A DNA stretch of 64,000 bases, taken from assembly GCA_965203055.1 (NCBI GenBank), contig OZ241863.1, forward strand, positions 2,528,001 to 2,592,000, read 5' to 3'. Origin of the DNA: Spirochaetia bacterium. GTDB lineage: Bacteria; Spirochaetota; Spirochaetia; SZUA-6; Bin103. Below, piece by piece: positions 8,443 to 19,348 of the stretch. Numbering within the stretch: position 1 is the stretch's first letter; every line of letters starts with the position of its first letter. The position numbers and the translations under genes were made by a program. A model generated the notes under the pieces. That model was not told where the DNA came from and did no database searches. It saw nothing but the letters and a program-made list of their open reading frames with translations.

Positions 8443-9637
8443 CCGGTACGCCAGCCGCCGCCTCGCCGGCCTCGGCAGCTATGCCTTCGCGGAAGTGGAA
8501 CAGGAGGTCGCCAAGCTGCGCGCGCGCGGCATCGAGCCGATCGACTTCGGCGTCGGCGATCCCACCGTACCGACGCCGGAGGTGGTCCGCAGCGCCACCG
8601 CCGCAGCCGTCGAGACGCGGCGCAGCGCCGGCTATCCGAGCTACGTCGGCGAAGCCGCGTTTCGCGCCGCGGTAAGCGCCTGGAGCCAGCGCCGCTTTGG
8701 CGTGCGCCTGGACCCCGCCAGCGAGGTGTCCGCGACGGCCGGCGCCAAGGAAGCGGTGTTCAACTTCCATGAGGCGGTGGTGGATCCGGGCGACCTGGTG
8801 CTGTGTCCGTCACCCGGGTACCCGCCCTACAGCCGCGGCGCCCTGTTCGCCGAAGGCGAACCCCATCACCTGCCGCTGCTGGCCGAGCGCGGCTTCCTGC
8901 TCGATCTCGGCGCCGTACCCTCCGCGGTGGCGCGGCGCGCCAAGGTGCTGTGGATCAACTACCCCAACTCGCCGTCCGGCGCCGTGGCGCCGCGCTCGTT
9001 CTACGAGGAGGTGCTGGAGTTCGCCGCCAGCTACGACCTGATCGTCGCTTCCGACGAGGCGTACTCGGAGATCTACTTCGGCGCGCCGCCGCTGTCGATG
9101 CTCAACGTCAGCCGGGAGCGGGTGTTGGTGTTCAACTCCCTGTCCAAGCGTTCGGCCATGACCTGCTACCGCGTCGGTTGGGTGGCCGGCGACCCGGATC
9201 TCGTGGCGCTGTTTCGCAAGGTCAAGACCAACATCGACTCCGGCACCCCCACCTTCATACAGGATGGCGCGGTGGCCGCGCTGGGGGATGAAGCCCACGT
9301 GCGCGCCTTCCGCGAGGAGTACCGGCGCAAGCGCGACCTGTTGTGCACGGCGCTGGTGGAGGCGGGGCTGCCCGACTGCCGGCCGGCCGCGGCGCTGTAC
9401 GTGTGGCAGCGAGTGCCCGAGCACCTGTCCGCGGTGGAGTTCGCGACCGCGTTGCTGCAGCCCGAAATCGGCATCGTGACCACTCCCGGCCCGTGGATCG
9501 CGGAGGCCAACCCCGCCGCCCCCAATCCGGGTGAGGGGTACGTCCGCTTCGCGCTGGTACCGTCGCTGGCCGACACCGAGCGCGCCGCCGGGCTGCTCCG
9601 CCGGGCGCGCTTTGCGATGATCGCGGCCGAACGGTAG
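8429..9637 (+). CDS. dapL: PLP-dependent class I aminotransferase, probably LL-diaminopimelate aminotransferase (DapL)
   Basis: DFGVGDP, NYPNSPSG, SDEAYSE, SLSKRSAMTCYRVG, KTNIDSG. It is the last gene of the lysine operon. Confidence 0.75.
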   Translation: MAGADRYASRRLAGLGSYAFAEVEQEVAKLRARGIEPIDFGVGDPTVPTPEVVRSATAAAVETRRSAGYPSYVGEAAFRAAVSAWSQRRFGVRLDPASEVSATAGAKEAVFNFHEAVVDPGDLVLCPSPGYPPYSRGALFAEGEPHHLPLLAERGFLLDLGAVPSAVARRAKVLWINYPNSPSGAVAPRSFYEEVLEFAASYDLIVASDEAYSEIYFGAPPLSMLNVSRERVLVFNSLSKRSAMTCYRVGWVAGDPDLVALFRKVKTNIDSGTPTFIQDGAVAALGDEAHVRAFREEYRRKRDLLCTALVEAGLPDCRPAAALYVWQRVPEHLSAVEFATALLQPEIGIVTTPGPWIAEANPAAPNPGEGYVRFALVPSLADTERAAGLLRRARFAMIAAER

Positions 9638-9647
9638 AATAGAGGGC

Positions 9648-10088
9648 GTGGATCGGCTGTTCGATCGCCTCGGCGACCTGTTGCGAACCGTGCTCGGCGG
9701 TGACCAGGGCAGCGCCGCGGGCCACCGCCGCGGCCGGCCGCAGCGCCCGGCCGATCCCGACCTCGCGGCGGCGTGGGAGGAACTGGACGCCTTTCTCGAT
9801 TCCGGCGCTGAGGCCGACGAGGGGCCGCGGCAGCGCGCGGCCGGCGGCGGCCGCCATTCCGCGGCCGCCGCCGGCCCGCGCGAGCATCTGCGGCGCGACT
9901 ACGCGGCGCTGGGAGTGGCGTTCGGCGCGCCGCTGAGCGAGGTGAAGAGCGCCTACAAGCGGTTGATGCGGACCCATCATCCCGACCGCTTCGCCAACGA
10001 TCCCCGCCGGCAGGCGGCCGCCACCAGCAAGGCCGCCGCCATCAACGCGGCCTACGCCCGCATCGAACGCGCCAGCCGCGCCGCCTGA
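9648..10088 (+). CDS. J-domain (DnaJ-like) protein
   Basis: C-terminal YAALGV...VKSAYKRLMRTHHPDRF...INAAY with the HPD motif. Confidence 0.85.
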   Translation: MDRLFDRLGDLLRTVLGGDQGSAAGHRRGRPQRPADPDLAAAWEELDAFLDSGAEADEGPRQRAAGGGRHSAAAAGPREHLRRDYAALGVAFGAPLSEVKSAYKRLMRTHHPDRFANDPRRQAAATSKAAAINAAYARIERASRAA

Positions 10089-11020
10089 GCGCGCCATCGC
10101 CGGCGCCGCGGCGCGCCGCCGGGCGCGGCCGCGCGCGGGTCCAGCGCGTCGCGCAGGCCGTCGCCCAGGTAGTTCACGCCCAATACGGTGAGCGAAATCG
10201 CCGTGCCCGGCCAGATCACCCGCGCCGGGGTGACGGTCAGGAACGGCACGCCGTCGTACAGCAGGCGGCCCCAGGTGGGAAAGTCGGAGGGGAAGCCGAG
10301 ACCGAGAAAGCTCAGCGCGCTTTCGGTAATGATCGCCTGCGCGACGTCGAGGGTGGCCGCCACCACGATCGGGCTCAGGGCGTTGGGTAACACGTGACGC
10401 AGGATGATGCGCCCCGGCCCGGCGCCCACGCTGCGCGCCGCGGCCACGTACTCCCGCTGCCGTATGGCGAGCACCTGGCCGCGCACGATCCGCGCGGTCT
10501 GCATCCAGCTCGTGAGGCCGATCACCCCCACGACCAGGACGAAGACGCCCGCCTCGGGGCCCAGCGCCGCGCGCAGCGGCTCCCGGAACAGCATGGTGCT
10601 GACCATCAGCAGGGGCAGCACCGGCAACGCCAGGAACAAGTCGGTAAGGCGCATCAGCGGACCGTCGAGGCGCCGGAAGAAGCCGGCCAGAATGCCGGCC
10701 AGCGTGCCCGCGGTCAACGACAGCGCCATGGCCGTCACCCCGACCGCCAGCGACAGCCGCCCGCCCGCCAGGAGCCGCGCCAAGGTGTCGCGGCCCAGAT
10801 TGTCGGTGCCGAGCGGATGGGCGGCGGACATGCCCTGATTCTTGGCGCGGTAGTCGAGGAAGTGGGGATCGACCCGGTGGATGAGCGGTCCGAACAGCAC
10901 CGCCAGCGCGATCAGCGAGCCCGCCGCCGCCCCGCCCATGGCGCCGGGGTGGCGGCGCAGCCGGGACCACACCGGCCGCCGCGCCCCGCGCCGCGCGCCG
11001 CGCGGGGCCGGTTCAGGCAT
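10052..11020 (-). CDS. Peptide ABC transporter permease (OppC/DppC)
   Basis: HPLGTDNLGRD, EYVAAARSVGA, HVLPN, ESALSFLGLG. Confidence 0.92.
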   Translation of the reverse strand: MPEPAPRGARRGARRPVWSRLRRHPGAMGGAAAGSLIALAVLFGPLIHRVDPHFLDYRAKNQGMSAAHPLGTDNLGRDTLARLLAGGRLSLAVGVTAMALSLTAGTLAGILAGFFRRLDGPLMRLTDLFLALPVLPLLMVSTMLFREPLRAALGPEAGVFVLVVGVIGLTSWMQTARIVRGQVLAIRQREYVAAARSVGAGPGRIILRHVLPNALSPIVVAATLDVAQAIITESALSFLGLGFPSDFPTWGRLLYDGVPFLTVTPARVIWPGTAISLTVLGVNYLGDGLRDALDPRAAAPGGAPRRRRWRAQAARLARSMRA

Positions 11021-12026
11021 AGCGAATGCGCGGATCCAACACCCCGTAGAGGAGGTCCGCGACCAGATTGAAGAACACGATCAGGCCCGCGAAGATGAAG
11101 GTAACGGTCTGCACCGTGGGAATGTCGGCGCCCTCGATGGCGCCGATCAGCAGCGCCCCGACGCCGTTGATGCGGAAGATCTGCTCGGTGATGATGGCGC
11201 CGGCGAAGGTCGAGGGCAGGCCGAGGGCGATCACCGTTACCACCGGTATCATGCCGTTGCGCAGCACGTGGACCAGCAGCACCGGGCGCTCCCGCAGACC
11301 CTTGGCGCGCGCCGTGCGCACGTAATCCTGGTGGATGACGTCGAGCACCGCGGCGCGGGTGAAGCGGCTGATCTGGGCGGCGTTGAACAGCGCCAACACC
11401 AGCACCGGCATCAGCATCTGCCTGACCTGGTAGCCGAGGCTGGCGAGGTCGGTAACCCGGTGGGTGGTGTCGTAGATCGACGGCAGCCAGCCGAGCAGGC
11501 CGCTGAAGATCACGATCAGCACCGTGCCGGTGAAGAAGGTCGGCACCGAGAAGCCCACCATGGTGACGAAGGTGCCGATCTGGTCGAAGATCGAGTACTG
11601 GCGGTAGGCGGAGAACACCCCCGCCGGCACCGCGATCAGCACCGCCGCCAGGTAGGAGCTGCCCACCACGGTCAGGGTCTGCGGCAGCCGCTCCGCGATC
11701 AGGTCCACCACCGGCGAGCGGGTGGCCCAGGAGGTCACCCGCAGGCGCGCGCCGGAATCGCCGAGCTGCACGCCGAGCAGCGCTTCGAGCAGGTTGAGCG
11801 GCTCGTTGGCCAGAAACTGCTCCAGCCAGCGCGCGTAGCGCACGTGGAACGGCAGCCCGAAGCCGAGGCTCTGCCGGATCCGCTCGCGCGTCTCCGGCGG
11901 AATCGTCAGCGGTAGCTGCGCGGTGGGATCACCCGGCGCCAGGTCGAGCAGCGCAAAGACCACGAAGCTGATCGCCAGCAGGGTGGGAACGGCGAACAGC
12001 AGGCGCCGGATCGCGTAGCGCAGCAT
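11013..12026 (-). CDS. Peptide ABC transporter permease (OppB/DppB)
   Basis: APGDP, DYVRTARAKGL, HVLRN, ITEQIF, LDPRIR. Confidence 0.92.
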   Translation of the reverse strand: MLRYAIRRLLFAVPTLLAISFVVFALLDLAPGDPTAQLPLTIPPETRERIRQSLGFGLPFHVRYARWLEQFLANEPLNLLEALLGVQLGDSGARLRVTSWATRSPVVDLIAERLPQTLTVVGSSYLAAVLIAVPAGVFSAYRQYSIFDQIGTFVTMVGFSVPTFFTGTVLIVIFSGLLGWLPSIYDTTHRVTDLASLGYQVRQMLMPVLVLALFNAAQISRFTRAAVLDVIHQDYVRTARAKGLRERPVLLVHVLRNGMIPVVTVIALGLPSTFAGAIITEQIFRINGVGALLIGAIEGADIPTVQTVTFIFAGLIVFFNLVADLLYGVLDPRIRYA

Positions 12027-12053
12027 GGTGTGGAATCGGCGCTCGGGGTCACC

Positions 12054-13763
12054 TCACTCGGCGCGCCGCCAGGCGGCGATGTTCCACAGGGTGGTGTCCC
12101 AGGGATTGTGCCGCACGCCGCCCAGGGTCAACGACCGGGCGCCGATCTCGCCGCGGTGGATCAGGGGAATCACGGCCCCGTCGGCGACCAGCATGTCATT
12201 CATCCGCTTGGCCAATGCCGCGCGCTGCTCCAGGCCCGCCGTGGCGGCGAGCTGCTGCGCGAGCGCGTCGTACTCCGGGTTGCAGTAGCGGGAGATGTTT
12301 GCGCCGAGCCACTGCTTCTCGGGGCCCGGGATCTCGGCGCACACCCAGCCGGCCAGGTAGGCCTGCGGATCGGTGCCGTCGAAGTTGTTGGTATACATCT
12401 GGATGTCGGCGTAGAACTTCTGGTAGGTGTCGGGGCTGGCCTGGTCGCCGCCGAAGAACACCGATGCGCTGATGTTCTTCAACTCGGTCTCCACGCCGAT
12501 CTCGCGCCACATCTGCTTGATCAACGCCTGCGTGCCCTGGCGCACCGAATTGGTGGAGGTCTGGTAGAGAATCGACAGCCTGACGCCATCCTTGGCCCGT
12601 ATGCCGTCGCGGCCGCGCGCCCAGCCGGCCGCGTCCAGCAGCCGGTTGGCGCCGTCCAGATCCCGGGTGCGGCACCACTCGTTGGCGGTCGACGCGTAGG
12701 CCGCCGGCGCGGGCAGGATGTTGCAGGTCACCCGGCCGGCGGCGCCGTAGCCGGCGTCGACCAGGATCTGCCGGTCGATCGCCATCGACAGCGCGCGCGG
12801 CACCAGCGGATCGAACAGGAACGGATGCGGGTTGGCGCCGTTGCGGTAGGTGGACCGCAGGTTGCCCAGCGCCGGGTCGGGATTGGTCTTCTGCACCACC
12901 AGCCGCTCGACGAAGGTACCGAAGGCCGACAGCACCTCGCCCTTGCCGGCGCGCTCCATGTCCGCCAGGATTTCCGGCTCCACCTGCAGGTTCCAGGCAT
13001 AGTCGAACTCGCCGGTGACCAGCACCGCGCGCGCCGCCGAGACGGCGTCGCCGCCGCCCTTGAGCAGCACCGCGGAGAACGCCGGCAAGTCGGGATCGCG
13101 GTAGCGGTCGTTGACCACGTACCGCACCACGTCGTTGGGGCGAAACTCGGCCACCGCGAACGGTCCGGTGCCGATGGGAGCGAAGTTCTCGGCGGTGCAG
13201 GAGGGCGCCGCGGCGCCGGTGCAGTGCGCGAACTGGCGCTGCTGGAGAATCGGAACGATCGACCCTACGAACGGCGCGTAGGGGAACGGCATCGGCGCGT
13301 CGAAGGTGATCCGCACCGTGTGGTCGTCGACCGCGGTGACCGCGGCGACGCCCCGAAACGACGCGCCCGCGGCGCAGCCGCCGCCGGGGTGCATGCAGTA
13401 GGCGGCGGTGAACGCGACGTCCGCGGCGGTGAACGGCGTGCCGTCCGACCACTCCACGTCGCCGCGCAGCTTCCAGGTAATCGCCTTGAGGTCCGCGGCC
13501 ACCCCGCCGTTGTCCAGGGTGGGTATCTCGGCGGCCAGCCACGGGATCATGACGCCGTGTTCGTCGTAGCGCGCCAGCGGCTCCAGCACCAGCGCGGCGG
13601 CGTGGATGTCCTTGGTTCCGGCGGACAGGTACGGGTTGAGGATCGACGGCGCCTGCCAGTACAGCAGCTTCAGCTCGCCGTCGGCGGCGCGCTCGGCGGA
13701 CGCGGCCGCGGCCAGCGCGGCGGCCGCTATCAGCGTCAGAATCAGGGTTCGCAGGGTGACCAT
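12054..13763 (-). CDS. Peptide ABC transporter substrate-binding protein (family 5)
   Basis: Signal peptide, WSDGTPFTAADV, PIGTGPF, RALSMAIDR. Confidence 0.92.
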   Translation of the reverse strand: MVTLRTLILTLIAAAALAAAASAERAADGELKLLYWQAPSILNPYLSAGTKDIHAAALVLEPLARYDEHGVMIPWLAAEIPTLDNGGVAADLKAITWKLRGDVEWSDGTPFTAADVAFTAAYCMHPGGGCAAGASFRGVAAVTAVDDHTVRITFDAPMPFPYAPFVGSIVPILQQRQFAHCTGAAAPSCTAENFAPIGTGPFAVAEFRPNDVVRYVVNDRYRDPDLPAFSAVLLKGGGDAVSAARAVLVTGEFDYAWNLQVEPEILADMERAGKGEVLSAFGTFVERLVVQKTNPDPALGNLRSTYRNGANPHPFLFDPLVPRALSMAIDRQILVDAGYGAAGRVTCNILPAPAAYASTANEWCRTRDLDGANRLLDAAGWARGRDGIRAKDGVRLSILYQTSTNSVRQGTQALIKQMWREIGVETELKNISASVFFGGDQASPDTYQKFYADIQMYTNNFDGTDPQAYLAGWVCAEIPGPEKQWLGANISRYCNPEYDALAQQLAATAGLEQRAALAKRMNDMLVADGAVIPLIHRGEIGARSLTLGGVRHNPWDTTLWNIAAWRRAE

Positions 13764-13910
13764 GCGCCTGATTGTACGGCCGCTTTGCGGTCCGCGGTAA
13801 GGTCAGCTCAGGCGCGGTCATTCAGTGCGCATCAAGCGCGCATTAAACGCGATTCAGCGCGCCAAAGCGCTTTACAGAACCACCGCAAATACTCTAACTT
13901 CAACCCAGGC

Positions 13911-15044
13911 ATGAACACGAACGAAGCCGTTCTGGCCGCCCCGGTGGCGATCGCGGTGGTCGTCGCGGGTGTCGTCGGCTGCGTGCTGACCCCGCTGGTA
14001 AAGCGGGTCGCCCACCGCTACCGGTGGTACGATCTCCCCGATTCGCGAAAACTGCACACCGGCCTCATTCCGCGCATCGGCGGACTGGCGATCTTCCTGT
14101 CGATCATCCTGGGGACGGGCGCCGGGGCGGCCGCGTTGGCGGCGCTGTCGCTCCTCCGGCCGGAGATGGCGGCGCCTCTGCTGGCCGCAGCCGGCGCGGC
14201 GCTGTTCTTCGCGGTCGGTCTGTTCGACGACTTCGTGCCGTTGCGCCCGCGCGTCAAGCTGCTGCTGCAGGTGGTAGTCGCCGCCCTCATCGCGCTCGGC
14301 GGAATGCGGGTCGACGCCGTCGCCCTGCCCGCCCTCGGGCAGGTAGATCTCGGCGTGGCCGCGGTTCCCATCACCGTGCTGTGGATCGTCGGCATGGTCA
14401 ATTCGGTGAACCTGATCGACGGCCGCGACGGCCTGGCCGGAGGCATCGCCGCTTTCGCCGCGCTTGGCATGGCGGTCATTGCCGCGCTCCAGGGGCACCT
14501 CCTCACTGCGGTCGTGGCGGTGGCCGTGTTTGGCGCGATGTGCGGTTTCCTGGCGCACAACTGGCCGCCCGCGTCGATCTTCATGGGCGACTCCGGCAGC
14601 CACCTGCTCGGCTTCACCCTGGCCGTCCTCCCGCTGCTGGACATCGGCGGCATCGCCACCCCGCACACCATCATGGTCCCGGTCACCCTGATGCTGATAC
14701 CGATCGTAGATTGCGGCGCCGCGGTGCTGCGCCGCGTCCGCCAGGGAGTTTCGCTGGGCACGGCCGACACCGACCACATCCACTTCATACTGCGCGATCT
14801 GGGGCTGTCGGACCGCAAGATCCTGCTGGTCGTATATCCGGCCTGCGCCTACCTGACCATCGTGGCCGTCATCACCACGCTGTTGCTGCGCGAGGCGGCG
14901 TTCTACCTGATGCTCATAACCTGGGCCGGCGTGCTGCTGGCCTACGTCACCGCGGTGGCGGTCCATACCAATCGCCGCAAGCAGCAGCGCGACGCCGTGC
15001 AGCGGCAGCGCGATGCCCAGGGCAGCCACCCGCGCCGGGCATGA
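13911..15044 (+). CDS. MraY/WecA-family (GT4) polyprenyl-phosphate HexNAc-1-P transferase
   Basis: RKLHTGLIPRIGG, GLFDD, NSVNLIDGRDGLA, FMGDSGS; many TM helices. Confidence 0.9.
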   Translation: MNTNEAVLAAPVAIAVVVAGVVGCVLTPLVKRVAHRYRWYDLPDSRKLHTGLIPRIGGLAIFLSIILGTGAGAAALAALSLLRPEMAAPLLAAAGAALFFAVGLFDDFVPLRPRVKLLLQVVVAALIALGGMRVDAVALPALGQVDLGVAAVPITVLWIVGMVNSVNLIDGRDGLAGGIAAFAALGMAVIAALQGHLLTAVVAVAVFGAMCGFLAHNWPPASIFMGDSGSHLLGFTLAVLPLLDIGGIATPHTIMVPVTLMLIPIVDCGAAVLRRVRQGVSLGTADTDHIHFILRDLGLSDRKILLVVYPACAYLTIVAVITTLLLREAAFYLMLITWAGVLLAYVTAVAVHTNRRKQQRDAVQRQRDAQGSHPRRA

Positions 15045-15073
15045 CCCCGGAACCGGCTTGATCGCTCGCTCGA

Positions 15074-16428
<1,355 letters not shown>

Positions 16429-16432
<4 letters not shown>

Positions 16433-17625
16433 ACCGCGGCCGCCTCGAAGCCGAGCAGGCGCTGCTCGGTCTGCGGAATCGGGATGCTGATCGAAAAGGT
16501 ACTCCCGGAGCCCGGCTTGCTGTCCAGCTCGATCTCCCCCAGATGTTCCTTGACGATCTTGTAGACCAGCGTCAGACCCAGCCCGGAACCGAAGTCGCGG
16601 GTCGTGAAGTAGGGTTCGAATACCTTGCCCTGTATCTCCTGGGGAATGCCCGGCCCGGTGTCGCCGATGCGTATGGTCACGCTCTCGCCGTCGGTGGCGG
16701 AAGCGATCGCCAGGACCCGCGGGCGGTCGCTTGGAGTCGCCTCCACCATGGCGGCGATCGCGTTCTTGATGATGTTGAGCAGCGCCTCGCGCAAATAGCG
16801 CTGATCGAGCCGCACCCGCGGCAGATCGTTGCCGAGTTGCTCGCGCAGCTCGATGCCGGCCTCCTTCAGTTCGGGCCGCAACAACCGCAACAGCTCCGCC
16901 AGCACCTCGTTCACCTGGCCGCTCGTCAGATTGACGTTCATCGGGCGCACCGCGAACAGGTAGTCCACCACGATCTGATTCAGACGCTCGACCTCCTCCT
17001 CGATCACCCCGACCGCCTCCCGGACCGCGCTCCAGGCCGCGGCGTCCGGTTCCTGCCGCTCGCCGCGCAGGCGGCGCCGGATCAACTGCAGGTGGATGCT
17101 GACGGCGCCGAGGGGATTCTTGATCTCGTGCGCGACGCCCGCGGTGAGGGTGGCAAGGGCGGCCAGACTCTCCGTCCGGCGCAGCCGCGCCTCGGCGGCC
17201 CGCTTCTCGGTGACGTCCTCGGCGTAGATCAGGTTGCCGGCCACGTGTCCTTCGTGCACCAGCGGCAGGACGTCGAAGCTCAGCGTGCGCATCGCTCCGG
17301 CAGCGATCGTGAAGTCCCGCTCGCGGGCGTTCTCCTGGTGCTGCAGCGTCTCCTGCAGGAAGCCGGCGATCTCGGCGTCGGAAATCACCGTCCATACGCA
17401 ACTCTGCGCGTATTCCGAGGTCCGGAACGGCACCAGGCGCTCCGCGGCGCGGTTGACCAGCAGGATGCGGCCGGCGGTGTCGGTAACGATGATGCCGCGC
17501 GCCATGGAGTCCAGCACCATCCCCAGCAGGTCGTTGTCCGACGTCAACCGCCGCAGCAACTCGCGCAATTGCGTCGAGTCGATCTTGTCCAGCCGGTCCG
17601 CGGCTCGTTCGTAGAAACGTCTCAC
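16429..17625 (-). CDS. Cytoplasmic PAS-domain sensor histidine kinase (Hk2-like)
   Basis: PAS region, HEIKNPL, NIIKNA, DTGPGI, FEPYFTT, GSGLGL; no TM segments. GTGA overlap with the upstream gene. Confidence 0.92.
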
Positions 17626-18845
17626 GTCGTCACTGCTCCATGGTTGGCGCGGGCGGCGGCACGCAGGGAGCTGCCCAGGCTCTGCAGCGCGTGGCGCGGC
17701 TGGATGCGCAACTCGGTTACCCGCGCGACGCACTGATCCACCTGCCAGATCCAGGTCTGCAGCAGAGCGGGGGTCCGGCCCTGGCGCAGCCGGGCGCGCA
17801 GTTCTTCGGACACGTGCTCCAGGAACGCTAGCAGCCGCTCCCGTTCCAGGCGCTCCGGCAGGCCCGCGGCATGGGCGTAGCCGCCGGGGGGGCCGGCGAT
17901 CCAGCGTTGCCCGGCCGGCGGCGGTTCGGTTGCCGCGGCCAGGAAGCGCGTCACCTGGCCGGCCAGCAGCTCGGCGCCGAACTCCTGCCAGGTGAGGAAG
18001 TAGTCGCGCAACGAAGCAGCCTGCTCCTGCTCCCGGCGGAAGATTCGGCGCAGGACTTCGCGCTGCTGCGGGATGCTGCGTTCGCGCAGCGCATACTCGC
18101 GCAAGCGCGAACGCAGGGTCGCGATCAGGGCGTCCGGGCGGCGCGCGAGCAGCATGAGGTGCACTCCGGCGGGGGGTTCTTCCAGCAGCCGCAACAGGGC
18201 GTTGCGGGAAGACTCCTGAATTCCTTCGGCGTGCTCCAGGATCACCACCTTGCGGCTGCCGGGGGCGGACAGGTGCAGCCAACGCTCCACGTTGCGAATC
18301 TGGCTGATCGGGACATTGTCGGTCTTGACGGTCGCGGCCAGCTTGCCGACCTGAGTTTCGATCTTCGCGCAGCGCTTCTGCAAGGCGCCGGCAGGCAGGC
18401 CCGGAGTCAGCCCTTCGAGCAGCTCGTTCAGCTCGCTGACCGGCCCGGCCGCCGACCGCAGCCTGGTCTCCTCCCCCTCCCACAGCAGGCGGTCGTAGCG
18501 CCGGGTAAGCTTGCGCACCGCGCGCACGAAGAAGTAGCAGGCGGCGGCCGACTCGGAGCGCTGCAGCAGGTCGGCCGCGGCGCGCACCTCCGTTTCCCAA
18601 TAGCGCCACCCCATCAGCACCAGGTAGGGAAAGCTCAGGTCGCGGTGGCGCAGGCACGGATCGCACGCGCAGCCCCAGTCGCCGGCGCGGGCGCACGCCA
18701 GGGCGCGCGCCAACTCCAGGGCGATGGAGAGCTTGCCGCTGTAGGCGGGGCCGCTGAGGAGGATGGCGCGGGGCAGGCGGCCGGCGGCCACCTCGTCGCG
18801 CAGCACGGTGGTGGTAATGCGGTGACCGATGATGTTCTCGAACAC
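17622..18845 (-). CDS. DNA polymerase III delta'-like (HolB/DnaX family) protein
   Basis: FENIIGH, LLSGPAYSGK, Zn Cys (CACDPC), NALLRLLEEPP, TLRSR. Confidence 0.8.
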   Translation of the reverse strand: MFENIIGHRITTTVLRDEVAAGRLPRAILLSGPAYSGKLSIALELARALACARAGDWGCACDPCLRHRDLSFPYLVLMGWRYWETEVRAAADLLQRSESAAACYFFVRAVRKLTRRYDRLLWEGEETRLRSAAGPVSELNELLEGLTPGLPAGALQKRCAKIETQVGKLAATVKTDNVPISQIRNVERWLHLSAPGSRKVVILEHAEGIQESSRNALLRLLEEPPAGVHLMLLARRPDALIATLRSRLREYALRERSIPQQREVLRRIFRREQEQAASLRDYFLTWQEFGAELLAGQVTRFLAAATEPPPAGQRWIAGPPGGYAHAAGLPERLERERLLAFLEHVSEELRARLRQGRTPALLQTWIWQVDQCVARVTELRIQPRHALQSLGSSLRAAARANHGAVTT

Positions 18846-18853
18846 GATGCCGG

Positions 18854-19348
18854 TCAGATGGTGCCCGACGGCGCGGCAGTTGGCAATGGCGGAAACGGCA
18901 AGTTGGCGAGCATCCACGGCAGCAGCCATTCCTGCACCAGCGACGCGGCCAACCACGGCTCGGCGTCGATCACCGACTGTACCTGCACCAGGACCAGCAG
19001 CCCGTACACGACGACCAGCCCCTCGACCACGCCGATTCCGATCCCCAGGATATGGTCGAGGCCCTTCAATCCCAGCGCGGTGCGGGCGCGCTGGAACAGC
19101 CCTTCCACCAGCTTGACCAAGAGAAAACCGGCCACGAACAGCGCCGTGAAGGCGGCCGGAAGCTGCCACCACCCCGGTTCCCACCAGATATCGAGCTGCC
19201 GCACCACCAGGGGATGGCCGATGATGCCGGCGGCAAGGCCCAGCGCAACCGCGCCCAGCGAGAACGCTTCCGCCACGAAGCCGCGTATTCCGGCGCGCAA
19301 CGCCGCCAGCAGCAGGATCGCGCCGCACACCAAGTCGGCCGGCGCCAC
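18854..19348 (-). CDS. cvpA: CvpA family membrane protein
   Basis: RAGIRGFVAEAFS and LKGLDHILG, four TM helices. Confidence 0.85.
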   Translation of the reverse strand: MAPADLVCGAILLLAALRAGIRGFVAEAFSLGAVALGLAAGIIGHPLVVRQLDIWWEPGWWQLPAAFTALFVAGFLLVKLVEGLFQRARTALGLKGLDHILGIGIGVVEGLVVVYGLLVLVQVQSVIDAEPWLAASLVQEWLLPWMLANLPFPPLPTAAPSGTI

